Part shown: one piece after another, positions 9,516 to 17,779 of the stretch
Numbering within the stretch: the first letter of the stretch is position 1
Layout: each line of letters begins with the position of its first letter
Source: Geopsychrobacteraceae bacterium
GTDB taxonomy: Bacteria; Desulfobacterota; Desulfuromonadia; Desulfuromonadales; Geopsychrobacteraceae
Length of the DNA stretch: 64,000 nucleotides
Assembly (NCBI GenBank): GCA_963676795.2
Contig: CAXXTB010000001.1
Location: 288,001 to 352,000, forward strand
Direction: 5' to 3'
The notes under the pieces: model-generated
Seen by the model: only the letters and a program-made list of their open reading frames with translations
Database searches by the model: none
Told to the model about the DNA's origin: nothing
Program-made: the position numbers and the translations under genes

Positions 9516-10239
9516 ACTGAACACTGTATCCCCGTGCTTCAAGGCAGGCTTTCATAGCCCGGTTGTAGTCAGCCCTGCGACTCGCATTCTCTTCAGCGGC
9601 AACCCCGCCGCCGGGCAAGGTCGGGTCAAAGCCGCTCTGCTGGCTGGCCCAGCTGTGACACTCGTAGCGATCGGTCGCCTGTTTCTGCTCACTCTGCCCC
9701 TGTTTCGGATAGATAAACAGGCGTCCCGGCTGAGTCGCCTCTTCAACGACCTCCTGCTGAGGCGGCGGTGCGCTCACAACATAGACGCTGCGCCGCGGCG
9801 CCCAGGTGTAGTAGGTTCCTCCAGCGTAGTAGTAGGGGATGCCACCGACCCAGATCGTGGTATAGTGGGCTGGCAGAAAAGTGACCGTCAGGCCGATTGG
9901 CGGTGCGATGACCTGAAAACCCAGCCCTGAAAACAGGTACCAGGCCCCGCCGTAAAAGAAATAATCGCGATCATGGTAGTGAACGACCCTGTGCTCTGGC
10001 GGCAGGGTCTTGTAGTGAACTCCCTGCGGCGGGTAGTAACGGTTGTGCTGATAACGATCGTCCAGCTTGTAGCCTTTGCGCTGATAGTAGCTGGAATCCT
10101 GGCGTTCCTGCGGTTCCGGCCGGCTATTCGCCTTTGCCGCCCCCTTCAAGGTCCATGGTTCGTTCTGGGCAAAGGCAGGCAGGCCAGGGGTCAGCCAGGC
10201 AAACACCAGTAGCAGGACAAACATTCTGAGTATCTTCAT
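9514..10239 (-). CDS. Secreted Tyr/Pro-rich protein (DUF6515-like) with C-terminal two-Cys domain
   Basis: Signal peptide; repeated YYY.GG.YY / V..PP motifs; YP..GQ..DRYEC...CLEARGYSV. Confidence 0.75.
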   Translation of the reverse strand: MKILRMFVLLLVFAWLTPGLPAFAQNEPWTLKGAAKANSRPEPQERQDSSYYQRKGYKLDDRYQHNRYYPPQGVHYKTLPPEHRVVHYHDRDYFFYGGAWYLFSGLGFQVIAPPIGLTVTFLPAHYTTIWVGGIPYYYAGGTYYTWAPRRSVYVVSAPPPQQEVVEEATQPGRLFIYPKQGQSEQKQATDRYECHSWASQQSGFDPTLPGGGVAAEENASRRADYNRAMKACLEARGYSVQ

Positions 10240-10266
10240 CTTTTTATCTCCCGGCTCGAAAGCCCG

Positions 10267-10818
10267 TTACCTGACATCGTAACCACGCCCGCCCAGACAG
10301 GCCTTGAGGGCCCGCCGATAGTCTTCCGCCCGGCGTTCCAGAGCGGCGGGTCCGCGGTTCAGGTTCTGCTGGTAATAGAATTCAACCTGTTCCCTGTTGG
10401 CCGCGTCAGCGGTCGCGCCGATGAATGCACCGATCAGAGCCCCGACAACCGCTCTGCCGAAGGAATCTCCGGGAGGGCCGCTGGCCGCACCGATCATCGC
10501 TCCGGCCACAGCGCCACCGGCGGTGTATTGGCCGGTAGATGGTTGAGGAACGACCCTGACCCGCTGGTGAGGTGCCAGATAAGACATGCTCGGATCGAAA
10601 CCGCTCTGATCGCTGGCCCAGAGGGAACATTCATAACGGTCGCGTTCCTGCTGTTCCAACCCTTGGCCCTGCAGTGGATAGGCGTAAACCGTCAACTGTT
10701 GTGAAATAGGCGGGTCGGCTTCGACGACCTGGCGCTGTGAAGGAGCACAGGCTCCCAGAAGAAGGGCACTGCAGAGCAGGCTGAACATAAGCCCCGGGAT
10801 CTTTGATCTGCTGTTCAT
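10267..10818 (-). CDS. Glycine-zipper lipoprotein
   Basis: LLGAC lipobox; GAVAGAMIGA and GALIGAFIGA zipper; YP..GQ..DRYEC...CLGGRGYDV. Confidence 0.8.
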   Translation of the reverse strand: MNSRSKIPGLMFSLLCSALLLGACAPSQRQVVEADPPISQQLTVYAYPLQGQGLEQQERDRYECSLWASDQSGFDPSMSYLAPHQRVRVVPQPSTGQYTAGGAVAGAMIGAASGPPGDSFGRAVVGALIGAFIGATADAANREQVEFYYQQNLNRGPAALERRAEDYRRALKACLGGRGYDVR

Positions 10819-11112
10819 GGTCTGCCTCTTTTTTCGTCAACTTGGTCATTTCCGATTATTCAATTATACATGATCCATAGCGGTTCAGGCCGAATGCAAT
10901 TGTGTAACAGATCTTCTCGGATTGATAAGAAAACCGGACACAAATACAGGCAGCTCTAACCGGGTATTTTTTTCATTAAAATGCCGATCAGATCTTCCAA
11001 TCCCTTGCCAGGGTGCTATAATCCCGGGAAGCATAATACAGGGGGAAAACCCTTGTGACGGGGCAGAACATTTGGTGGGTCCCGGACGATCGATTGACTA
11101 AGGAGAGGTTTT

Positions 11113-11679
11113 ATGCGTGTAACTGTAGTTCTGTTTGCTCTGTTGACCCTGATAACAACATCGGCTTTTGCTGCGACATTCGATATCGGCTTCAATGACA
11201 ATTCTTTTCAGCTCGGTGCTGAAGTTCCCCTGCGTAATGACAGCTACGGAAGTTCAACCGGCAATGCCCGTTTCCTGTTCAATGGTGATGAGGAAACCAA
11301 ACTGGCCAGCGTCGGCTTCGATTTCACCGGCCAGCCGGGCAACGTTCCGGGCCTGAGTGTCGGCGTCGGGACAAAACTCTATTACGGCGAAACCGATCCG
11401 GATACCGACTTCATCAATATGGGAATCGGACTGCGTGCCGACTACACCATTCCACAACTCCAGGGGCTTGGGACTTCGGCAAAACTCTATTATGCGCCAC
11501 AGGTCTTTTCCGGGTACGATTCGGAAGGATTGCTAGAAACCCAGCTCAACCTGACCTATGCCATCATTCCCAAGGTCAAGGTGTTCCTCGGCTATCAGAA
11601 TATCCAGCTTGATCTTGACGGCGGGGAAGAATGGACCATCGATGAGGGGATTAGAATCGGCTTCATCGGCACCTTCTGA
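11113..11679 (+). CDS. YfaZ-family outer-membrane beta-barrel
   Basis: Signal peptide, YYAP motif, amphipathic strands, C-terminal Phe; AAGGAG RBS; extended -10 TGCTATAAT at 11014-11022. Confidence 0.75.
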   Translation: MRVTVVLFALLTLITTSAFAATFDIGFNDNSFQLGAEVPLRNDSYGSSTGNARFLFNGDEETKLASVGFDFTGQPGNVPGLSVGVGTKLYYGETDPDTDFINMGIGLRADYTIPQLQGLGTSAKLYYAPQVFSGYDSEGLLETQLNLTYAIIPKVKVFLGYQNIQLDLDGGEEWTIDEGIRIGFIGTF

Positions 11680-11697
11680 AACAACTGAAAATTGCCC

Positions 11698-11734
11698 AAA
11701 ACGACCTGCCCGCTACATGGCAGGTCGTTTTTTT
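11698..11734. terminator. Bidirectional terminator
   Basis: aaaacgacctgcc...ggcaggtcgttttttt. Confidence 0.8.
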
Positions 11735-11739
11735 ATTGT

Positions 11740-12165
11740 TCAGAACAGCAGCACCGGACAGCGGACATTGTGCAAAACATAATTGGCGACCGAACCGAAA
11801 ACAACGTCGCGAATCTCACCGCGCCCGGCCTTGCGGCCGATGATGAGCAGCTCAAACGCTTCCTCATTGGCTATCTTGGGAATCAGCAGTCGCGGCGCCC
11901 CGAACTCCAGCCTCTTTTCGATGGCGAAGCCAGCCTGTTCAAGGCTTCCAGCCAGATCACCGAGCCTTTTGCGGGCAGCTTTCTCAGCGTTTTCACGGAC
12001 CATCTCGATCTGAAAGTCCGGTATCATCCGGTAAGCCAGCTGATCATCGATGATGTGCAGCAAGACCAGCCTGCCGGGCAAACGTTCCCGGTATCTGATG
12101 ATGTCCTCGACCGTTTTAAGAGTGGTTGGTGAGTCGTTCACCGGCACAAGAATTTTGGCGTCCAT
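11740..12165 (-). CDS. Universal stress protein (UspA family)
   Basis: KILVPVNDS; LLIIGRK...VFGSVANYVLHNVRCPVLL. Confidence 0.92.
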   Translation of the reverse strand: MDAKILVPVNDSPTTLKTVEDIIRYRERLPGRLVLLHIIDDQLAYRMIPDFQIEMVRENAEKAARKRLGDLAGSLEQAGFAIEKRLEFGAPRLLIPKIANEEAFELLIIGRKAGRGEIRDVVFGSVANYVLHNVRCPVLLF

Positions 12166-12213
12166 GCTCAACTCCTCAATGACAACAGGATTGAAACAGC
12201 ACTTAGTGGGACG

Positions 12214-12699
12214 TTAAAGTTGTTCAGTAACCGGGGTATAGATGCCCTCAAGGCTGCATTCCTCATCCTCAAACTTGAGGGTCCCGGTTCCATCCTCTTC
12301 GACAATCAGGCGGATTTCCGTTCCCTCTGCAGAAGCCAGACAGCTGCCGGTCAGCAGAGCAGCCTCTTTTCCGTCAACGGTATACCAGTTGTCATCCGCC
12401 CTGGTGACAACAATCCGGTACTCATCTGCGGCGAGAGAACTTTTTCCGTAAAGCATCTGCACATCGCAGCTGGTTTCGTTGTTGCTGAACCTGATCTTGC
12501 CGCTACTTCCCTGAATTGAAAGCAGCGCTTCGCTTGTTCCAACATCGACAAAACAGTATGAGGTCCAGATGTAGGTATCCTGGTCACTCATCTTGAACAG
12601 ATTCGCTCCCTGCTGGACGATCGTTATTTTGTACTCTCCAGCGAATACAGGTGTTGCCGTCAGAGCGACCAACAGAATCAGCTTCAGCATCAAGTTCAT
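12214..12699 (-). CDS. Secreted hypothetical protein with two internal repeats
   Basis: Signal peptide ending VFA; two ~65-aa units each with two Cys. Confidence 0.75.
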   Translation of the reverse strand: MNLMLKLILLVALTATPVFAGEYKITIVQQGANLFKMSDQDTYIWTSYCFVDVGTSEALLSIQGSSGKIRFSNNETSCDVQMLYGKSSLAADEYRIVVTRADDNWYTVDGKEAALLTGSCLASAEGTEIRLIVEEDGTGTLKFEDEECSLEGIYTPVTEQL

Positions 12700-12727
12700 A
12701 CATGTCTCCATATCGAGAAATCCGGCA

Positions 12728-13489
12728 TTATATTTTTATCCGTTCACCATCCTGCACCAGGGGTGTTTCTATTTTATCAAGATTCTCAAGCATTTCAGGA
12801 CCGGGGTGGGTCAGGACCAGGCGCTGGCATTCCAGGCGCTGGCGTTGCGCCATCAAGGTCAGATAATCCATGTGCGAAGGGAGAGGAGAAGAATAATTGA
12901 GACACTCGCAGATCATCAGGTCGGCCCCCCGGGCCAACTCGACCAGGCTGTCGGTCCATTCACTATCGCCACTGTAAGCAACGCTACGCCCTGCGTAATC
13001 CAGCCTTAAACCAAAAACATCGGGACTCTGACCATGCCGGACCCTGACGCAGCCGAGTTCCGCGCCATCACCAAGCGGCAATTTTTCCTGCGGGTTGAGA
13101 ATGCTGTAGGAGACCTCAAAGGCGAGGGGCTCGTCAAAAGTCCCTGAGTAAAGGACTTCACCAAGCAGATCAACCCTGCGCTGCAGATCCGCCGGACCGA
13201 TGAGCCTGAGCGGCCGGGTTCTCCGGCTGACATATTTGCCCTCAAGCAGCAGGTATGGAATCCCGCCGAAATGGTCTCCGTGCAGATGGCTGATAACTAC
13301 GGTATCGATCTCCGCCGGATCCAGTCCGCAGCGGCGCAAGCCGATCAGGCTGGATCCGCCGCAGTCAAAAAGAATCCGTCGATTGCCAAAACTCAGGTGG
13401 AAACAGCTGTAAAGACGTCCGCCATGTCCGAAGGCATTGCCGGTACCGACGGCGACCAGCGCGATTGTCTCTTTTGTCATCTCTTCCAT
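12728..13489 (-). CDS. MBL-fold metallo-hydrolase (RNase Z-like)
   Basis: SHLHGDH motif, YSGD, LTH. Confidence 0.92.
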   Translation of the reverse strand: MEEMTKETIALVAVGTGNAFGHGGRLYSCFHLSFGNRRILFDCGGSSLIGLRRCGLDPAEIDTVVISHLHGDHFGGIPYLLLEGKYVSRRTRPLRLIGPADLQRRVDLLGEVLYSGTFDEPLAFEVSYSILNPQEKLPLGDGAELGCVRVRHGQSPDVFGLRLDYAGRSVAYSGDSEWTDSLVELARGADLMICECLNYSSPLPSHMDYLTLMAQRQRLECQRLVLTHPGPEMLENLDKIETPLVQDGERIKI

Positions 13490-13633
13490 GTCCGTAACTT
13501 TCAGAAACTCTGGCTATCTCAAACCAATTCCTGTTGCATTCGCAATTAGAACACATTAAATTATTTTTCTCACAGGCATATTTTACTCCAGAATGCCTTC
13601 CTCAGCCATCAACTGTTGACAGCTGGAGCCAAA

Positions 13634-15727
13634 ATGCACGCGAAGACAAAAAACAAACGGCTGAAAAAAGAACTGAAGCTGAGGGACGTCTACGCGATAG
13701 CGACCGGCGCGACCTTGAGTGCCGGGTTTTTCCTGTTGCCGGGAATCGCGGCGACCAAGGCCGGGCCGGCCCTGGTGCTTGCCTACCTGATTGCCGCAAT
13801 CCCCATGATTCCCGCCATGTTCAGCGTTATCGAACTGGCAACCGCCATGCCCCGCGCCGGGGGTGTCTACTATTTTCTCGACCGGGCCCTGGGTCCCTTT
13901 TTCGGCACTATCGGCGGCATCGGCACCTGGCTGGCCCTGATCCTCAAGGTTGCCTTCGCCCTGATCGGCATGGGTGCCTATATCTCCCTGTTTCTGCCCA
14001 GCCTGCCGATCGTTCCGGTCGCTCTGGGGATCGCTGTGCTACTCGGTGTCATCAATATTTTCGGCGCCAAAAAGAGCGGCCGCCTGCAGGTTTTCCTGGT
14101 CTTCGGCCTTCTGGCAATCCTCTTCATCTTCTTCCTCGAAGATATCCCCTACATCGATCTGTCCCATTTCAGCGGGTTTTTCGACAAAGGCTTTGATGCC
14201 ATCATCTCGACCGCCGGTATGGTCTATATAAGCTATGTCGGTGTGACCAAGGTGGCCAGTCTTTCCGAAGAGGTTGAAAACCCCGAACGCAACATTCCGC
14301 GTGGCATGATCCTGTCGTTGAGCACAGCGCTGTTTATCTACCTGATCGGCACGCTGATTCTTGTCGCCCTGGTTCCGCCTGAGGAACTGGCCGGCAACCT
14401 GACCCCGGTGGCGACAGCCGCGCATTACGCCATGGGCCCCATCGGTGTCATCCTGCTCTCCGTGGCCGCCATGCTCGCCTTTATCTCGGTGGCCAATGCC
14501 GGGCTGATGAGTGCTTCACGCTACCCGCTGGCGATGAGCCGCGACCATCTGATTCCGCCGCGCTTCCGCAAGCTCGGCAAGTTCGGCACCCCGGTTCAGG
14601 GGATTCTACTGACCCTCGGCGTGATTATCATCATTCTGGTGCTACTCAACCCGATGCGCATCGCCAAACTGGCCAGCTCCTTCCAGCTGCTGATGTTTTC
14701 GCTGGTCTGTCTGGCGGTCATCGTCATGCGCGAAAGCCGTATCGATTCCTACGATCCCGGCTATCGATCCCCCTTCTATCCATGGATGCAGATCGCCGGC
14801 ATGCTGCTGCCCTTCTACCTGATCTTCAAGATGGGCTGGCTGCCGACCCTGTTTACCATCGGCCTGATCGTTGCGGCGAGCCTCTGGTACTACTACTACG
14901 CTCGCCATCGGACCCGGCGCAACGGAGCGGTCTATCACGTCTTTGCCCGTCTCGGGCAACTCAAGTATCACGATCTCGATACGGAACTGCGCGGCATCCT
15001 GCGTGAAAAGGGGCTGCGCCAGGAGGATCCCTTCGATGATATCGTGTCGCGCAGTATGGTGCTTGATCTCGATCAGGAGAAGCAGTTCGAAAACCTGGTC
15101 AGACAGGTCGCCATGCTGCTGGCGGGAAAGATTGACATGTCGGCAGAGTCGATCAGCGAGCAGATCATGGACGGCACCCGCATCGGCGCTACCCCCGTAA
15201 CCCGCGGCGTGGCTCTGCCGCATTTCCGCTGCGGAACGATTGAGCAGGCGGAAATGGTCCTGGTCAGAGCCAAGAAGGGCGTGACCATGACCCTCTACAA
15301 TCCGCTTACCCACGAGGAAGAGGAAGAGGTCAAGGTCGGTGCGCTGTTCTTCCTGATCAGCCCGGAGAACGATCCGGCCCAGCATCTACGCATTCTGGCG
15401 CGGATCGCCGAACGGGTCGACGAGGAGAGCTTTGCCGCCGACTGGACCCTGGCCAGCAGTGATCATCAGCTCAGGCAATCGCTGTTGCAGGACGATCATT
15501 TCCTCGCCTTAGCCATCAGCCCGAACAACAGGACAAAGGTGCTCATCGGCAAGCCGCTGTTCGCCGCCGATATCCCCAAGGGCTGCCTGGTCGCCATGCT
15601 CCACCGCGATGGCCATTCCTTTGTTCCCGATGGAGGAACTGTCCTGCAGGATGGTGATCACATCACGGTTATCGGTAATCAGGAGGGGCTGTCTATTCTG
15701 AAGAAGCGCTACAGAAGTGCGCTTTGA
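13634..15727 (+). CDS. APC amino-acid permease fused to PTS EIIA-type and RCK-C/TrkA-C domains
   Basis: About 12 TM with ELATAMPRAGG, SEEVENPERNIP; GVALPH EIIA motif; C-terminal LVAMLHRDG..VPDGGTVLQDGD. Confidence 0.88.
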   Translation: MHAKTKNKRLKKELKLRDVYAIATGATLSAGFFLLPGIAATKAGPALVLAYLIAAIPMIPAMFSVIELATAMPRAGGVYYFLDRALGPFFGTIGGIGTWLALILKVAFALIGMGAYISLFLPSLPIVPVALGIAVLLGVINIFGAKKSGRLQVFLVFGLLAILFIFFLEDIPYIDLSHFSGFFDKGFDAIISTAGMVYISYVGVTKVASLSEEVENPERNIPRGMILSLSTALFIYLIGTLILVALVPPEELAGNLTPVATAAHYAMGPIGVILLSVAAMLAFISVANAGLMSASRYPLAMSRDHLIPPRFRKLGKFGTPVQGILLTLGVIIIILVLLNPMRIAKLASSFQLLMFSLVCLAVIVMRESRIDSYDPGYRSPFYPWMQIAGMLLPFYLIFKMGWLPTLFTIGLIVAASLWYYYYARHRTRRNGAVYHVFARLGQLKYHDLDTELRGILREKGLRQEDPFDDIVSRSMVLDLDQEKQFENLVRQVAMLLAGKIDMSAESISEQIMDGTRIGATPVTRGVALPHFRCGTIEQAEMVLVRAKKGVTMTLYNPLTHEEEEEVKVGALFFLISPENDPAQHLRILARIAERVDEESFAADWTLASSDHQLRQSLLQDDHFLALAISPNNRTKVLIGKPLFAADIPKGCLVAMLHRDGHSFVPDGGTVLQDGDHITVIGNQEGLSILKKRYRSAL

Positions 15728-15758
15728 TAGCTACAGGCCCATGACGAATATCGGGCTT

Positions 15759-16044
15759 GTTTCAACTGATTTTCATCAAAACTCCGCAAAGCGGAGTTTT
15801 TCCGGTTCTGCGCGTTGTCAGCTGCTGGTGCATTGCTACGAAGTAACGAAGACTGATGTGAGACATATGAAAAGGGCGTTTTTTCCTCCTTTTGGGGCCT
15901 GGCCAAAAGGAGGGCGCCGTGCGGGGGCGCGACCCTGCGGTTTTGACTTTAATTACCAAAAATCAGAACCAGAACCGGCGGGTCTCGTCCCGCCAGACGA
16001 CGTCCTTTCCTTTTAGCGAAAAGGAAAGGACGCAAAGGAAACGC
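15759..16044. repeat. Dispersed multi-hairpin element, copy 1 (related to 52571-52892)
   Basis: Near-identical first ~53 bp (gtttcaac..atcaaaactccgcaa.gcggagtttttccggttctgc) and the same order of hairpins. Confidence 0.85.
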
Positions 16045-16195
16045 TAACGTCAACGGCATTGTTAGCAGACGGTTTGCTGTTTCTCCGTAGGACTTGGGCT
16101 ATAGAATTACTCGCGCTCGGACGATTCGCTACGCTCATCGACTCGCACAAGCGCAAAGCCGGAAGCTAAACTTCCGGCTTGATGGATCTCATATT

Positions 16196-16231
16196 AAAAA
16201 GCGAAGGCAGCTCATCGGAGCTGCCTTTTGA
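16196..16231 (-). terminator. Terminator of the tol-pal operon
   Basis: aaggcagctc-atcg-gagctgcctt stem followed on the minus strand by a T run; second hairpin at 16156-16180. Confidence 0.7.
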
Positions 16232-16243
16232 TTGCAATACGAA

Positions 16244-17038
16244 TTATTTCAGGTACTGCTTGGCGGAATCCGCCTGACTTGAATCGGGATACTCTTCAAG
16301 CAGCTTCTGCATGGTTGTTCTGGCGTTAGTCCCGTCGCCCAGAGCGTTGAAGGCCAGCCCCTGTTTGAGCAGCGCCGCCGGTGCTTTCGGATGCTTCGGG
16401 TACGTGCTGATCACATCCTGAAACTGGAGGATCGCCTGCTCGTACTTCTTCTCGCCGTAGTAGGCTTCACCGATCCAGTACAGCCCATTCACATGGAGAT
16501 CATGTTTCGGATACTTGTCGATGAAAGATTCCAGCAGGGCGCGCCCTTCAGCGAATTTTTTCTGGTTACGGATCAGATCGAGGGCAGAGCTGTAAAGATC
16601 TTCCGGTGTTTCTGCAGCGACTGCCGGAGCGGAGGCAGCGGAGCTGCTGACTGGAGCTGCCGGCGCTGCCGCACGGGCCTGTTCCAGCTCATCGAGACGA
16701 TTCGCCAGGGAGACCAGCTGCATGCCAAGATCGTCCTTGACGATCTGCAGTTCGTCAGCAACCGCATGGTTGGCCTGGCCCAGATCGTCGATCCGCCCAT
16801 TGATCCCCTGAAATTCAACACGCATATTGTCGAGACCGGCCGTCAGTTCGGCAACCTGGCGCTCAAGCGTCACGCTGCCAAGGCTGCTCTGCTGGGCGGC
16901 ATCGACCTTGGCCACTTCGAGCTTGGCCAGACGTCGCTTCATCTCCTCCAGATCCATCTGCATACGGACCTGATCCTGGGTTGGCGGCAGGCAACCGGCC
17001 AGAAGAAATACGACTGCTAACAGATATAGATAACGCAT
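16244..17038 (-). CDS. cpoB: Tol-Pal system protein CpoB/YbgF (lipoprotein form)
   Basis: LAGC lipobox, coiled coil, TPRs (YWIGEAYY, APAALLKQG); follows pal. Confidence 0.92.
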   Translation of the reverse strand: MRYLYLLAVVFLLAGCLPPTQDQVRMQMDLEEMKRRLAKLEVAKVDAAQQSSLGSVTLERQVAELTAGLDNMRVEFQGINGRIDDLGQANHAVADELQIVKDDLGMQLVSLANRLDELEQARAAAPAAPVSSSAASAPAVAAETPEDLYSSALDLIRNQKKFAEGRALLESFIDKYPKHDLHVNGLYWIGEAYYGEKKYEQAILQFQDVISTYPKHPKAPAALLKQGLAFNALGDGTNARTTMQKLLEEYPDSSQADSAKQYLK

Positions 17039-17108
17039 GATCAACTCCTGATACAAAAAAGGGCCGCACATATCTATGGGCGGCCCTTCACTGTGCTACT
17101 AAAGACTG

Positions 17109-17663
17109 TTAACGCTTGACCTTGAACTCGGCACGACGGTTCTGAGCGAAAGCGTCTTCGCTACGGGCCGGGTCGAGAGGCATCTCTTCACCGTAAGAGA
17201 TGATGCTCAGACGCTCAGCAGCGACGCCGAGAGCAACCATGTAGTTCTTGGTAGCCAGAGCACGCTTCTGACCAAGGGCCAGGTTGTACTCGTCAGAACC
17301 GCGCTCATCGCAATGACCTTCGATGAGAACGTTCAGAGCCGGAGCAGCTCTGAGCAGAGAAGCATTTGCTGCCAGAGTCCGCTTGGCATTATCGGTCAGG
17401 ACATATTGGTCAAAATCAAAATGAATACGTGCAAGACCTTTGGTTGCAGCCATTTCAGCGTTTCTTGCTTCAGCTTCAGCATCGTAGGTCACGTCCTGAA
17501 CCTGTTGTTCAGTGACACCTGCCGGCTGCTGCTGTTGCATCTCAACCTGGGCAGGCTGTTCAACCATGGTTTCTTCAGCGACCGGCTTTTTGGCACAACC
17601 GGCTGCCAGCATGGTCAGAGCGAAAAGCAACACAACCAGATGGGTGACGGTAAGTCTCTTCAT
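17109..17663 (-). CDS. pal: Peptidoglycan-associated lipoprotein
   Basis: AAGC lipobox; IEGHCDERGSDEYNLALG, NRRAEF. Confidence 0.97.
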   Translation of the reverse strand: MKRLTVTHLVVLLFALTMLAAGCAKKPVAEETMVEQPAQVEMQQQQPAGVTEQQVQDVTYDAEAEARNAEMAATKGLARIHFDFDQYVLTDNAKRTLAANASLLRAAPALNVLIEGHCDERGSDEYNLALGQKRALATKNYMVALGVAAERLSIISYGEEMPLDPARSEDAFAQNRRAEFKVKR

Positions 17664-17779
17664 TTTTTACGACTCCTTTCGCATCTCGCGATCAGTATTT
17701 GATTTTCACTGCAAAAATTCGAGTCTTCATTATACCCAAGGTACTAACAAAAACAATATCAATTATTTACTACCAGAAA

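Noticed and set aside
10977..10990. Sigma-28-like GCCGAT element
   Set aside because: No TAAA at the required ~15-bp spacing; a sigma-70 extended -10 nearby explains the promoter better
15759..15770. GTTTCAAC start reminiscent of CRISPR repeat ends
   Set aside because: Occurs once per element with no repeat-spacer periodicity and no cas genes
15717..16016. Short ORFs over the structured repeats (also 52574-53062)
   Set aside because: They are translations of palindromic non-coding DNA with no RBS or protein features
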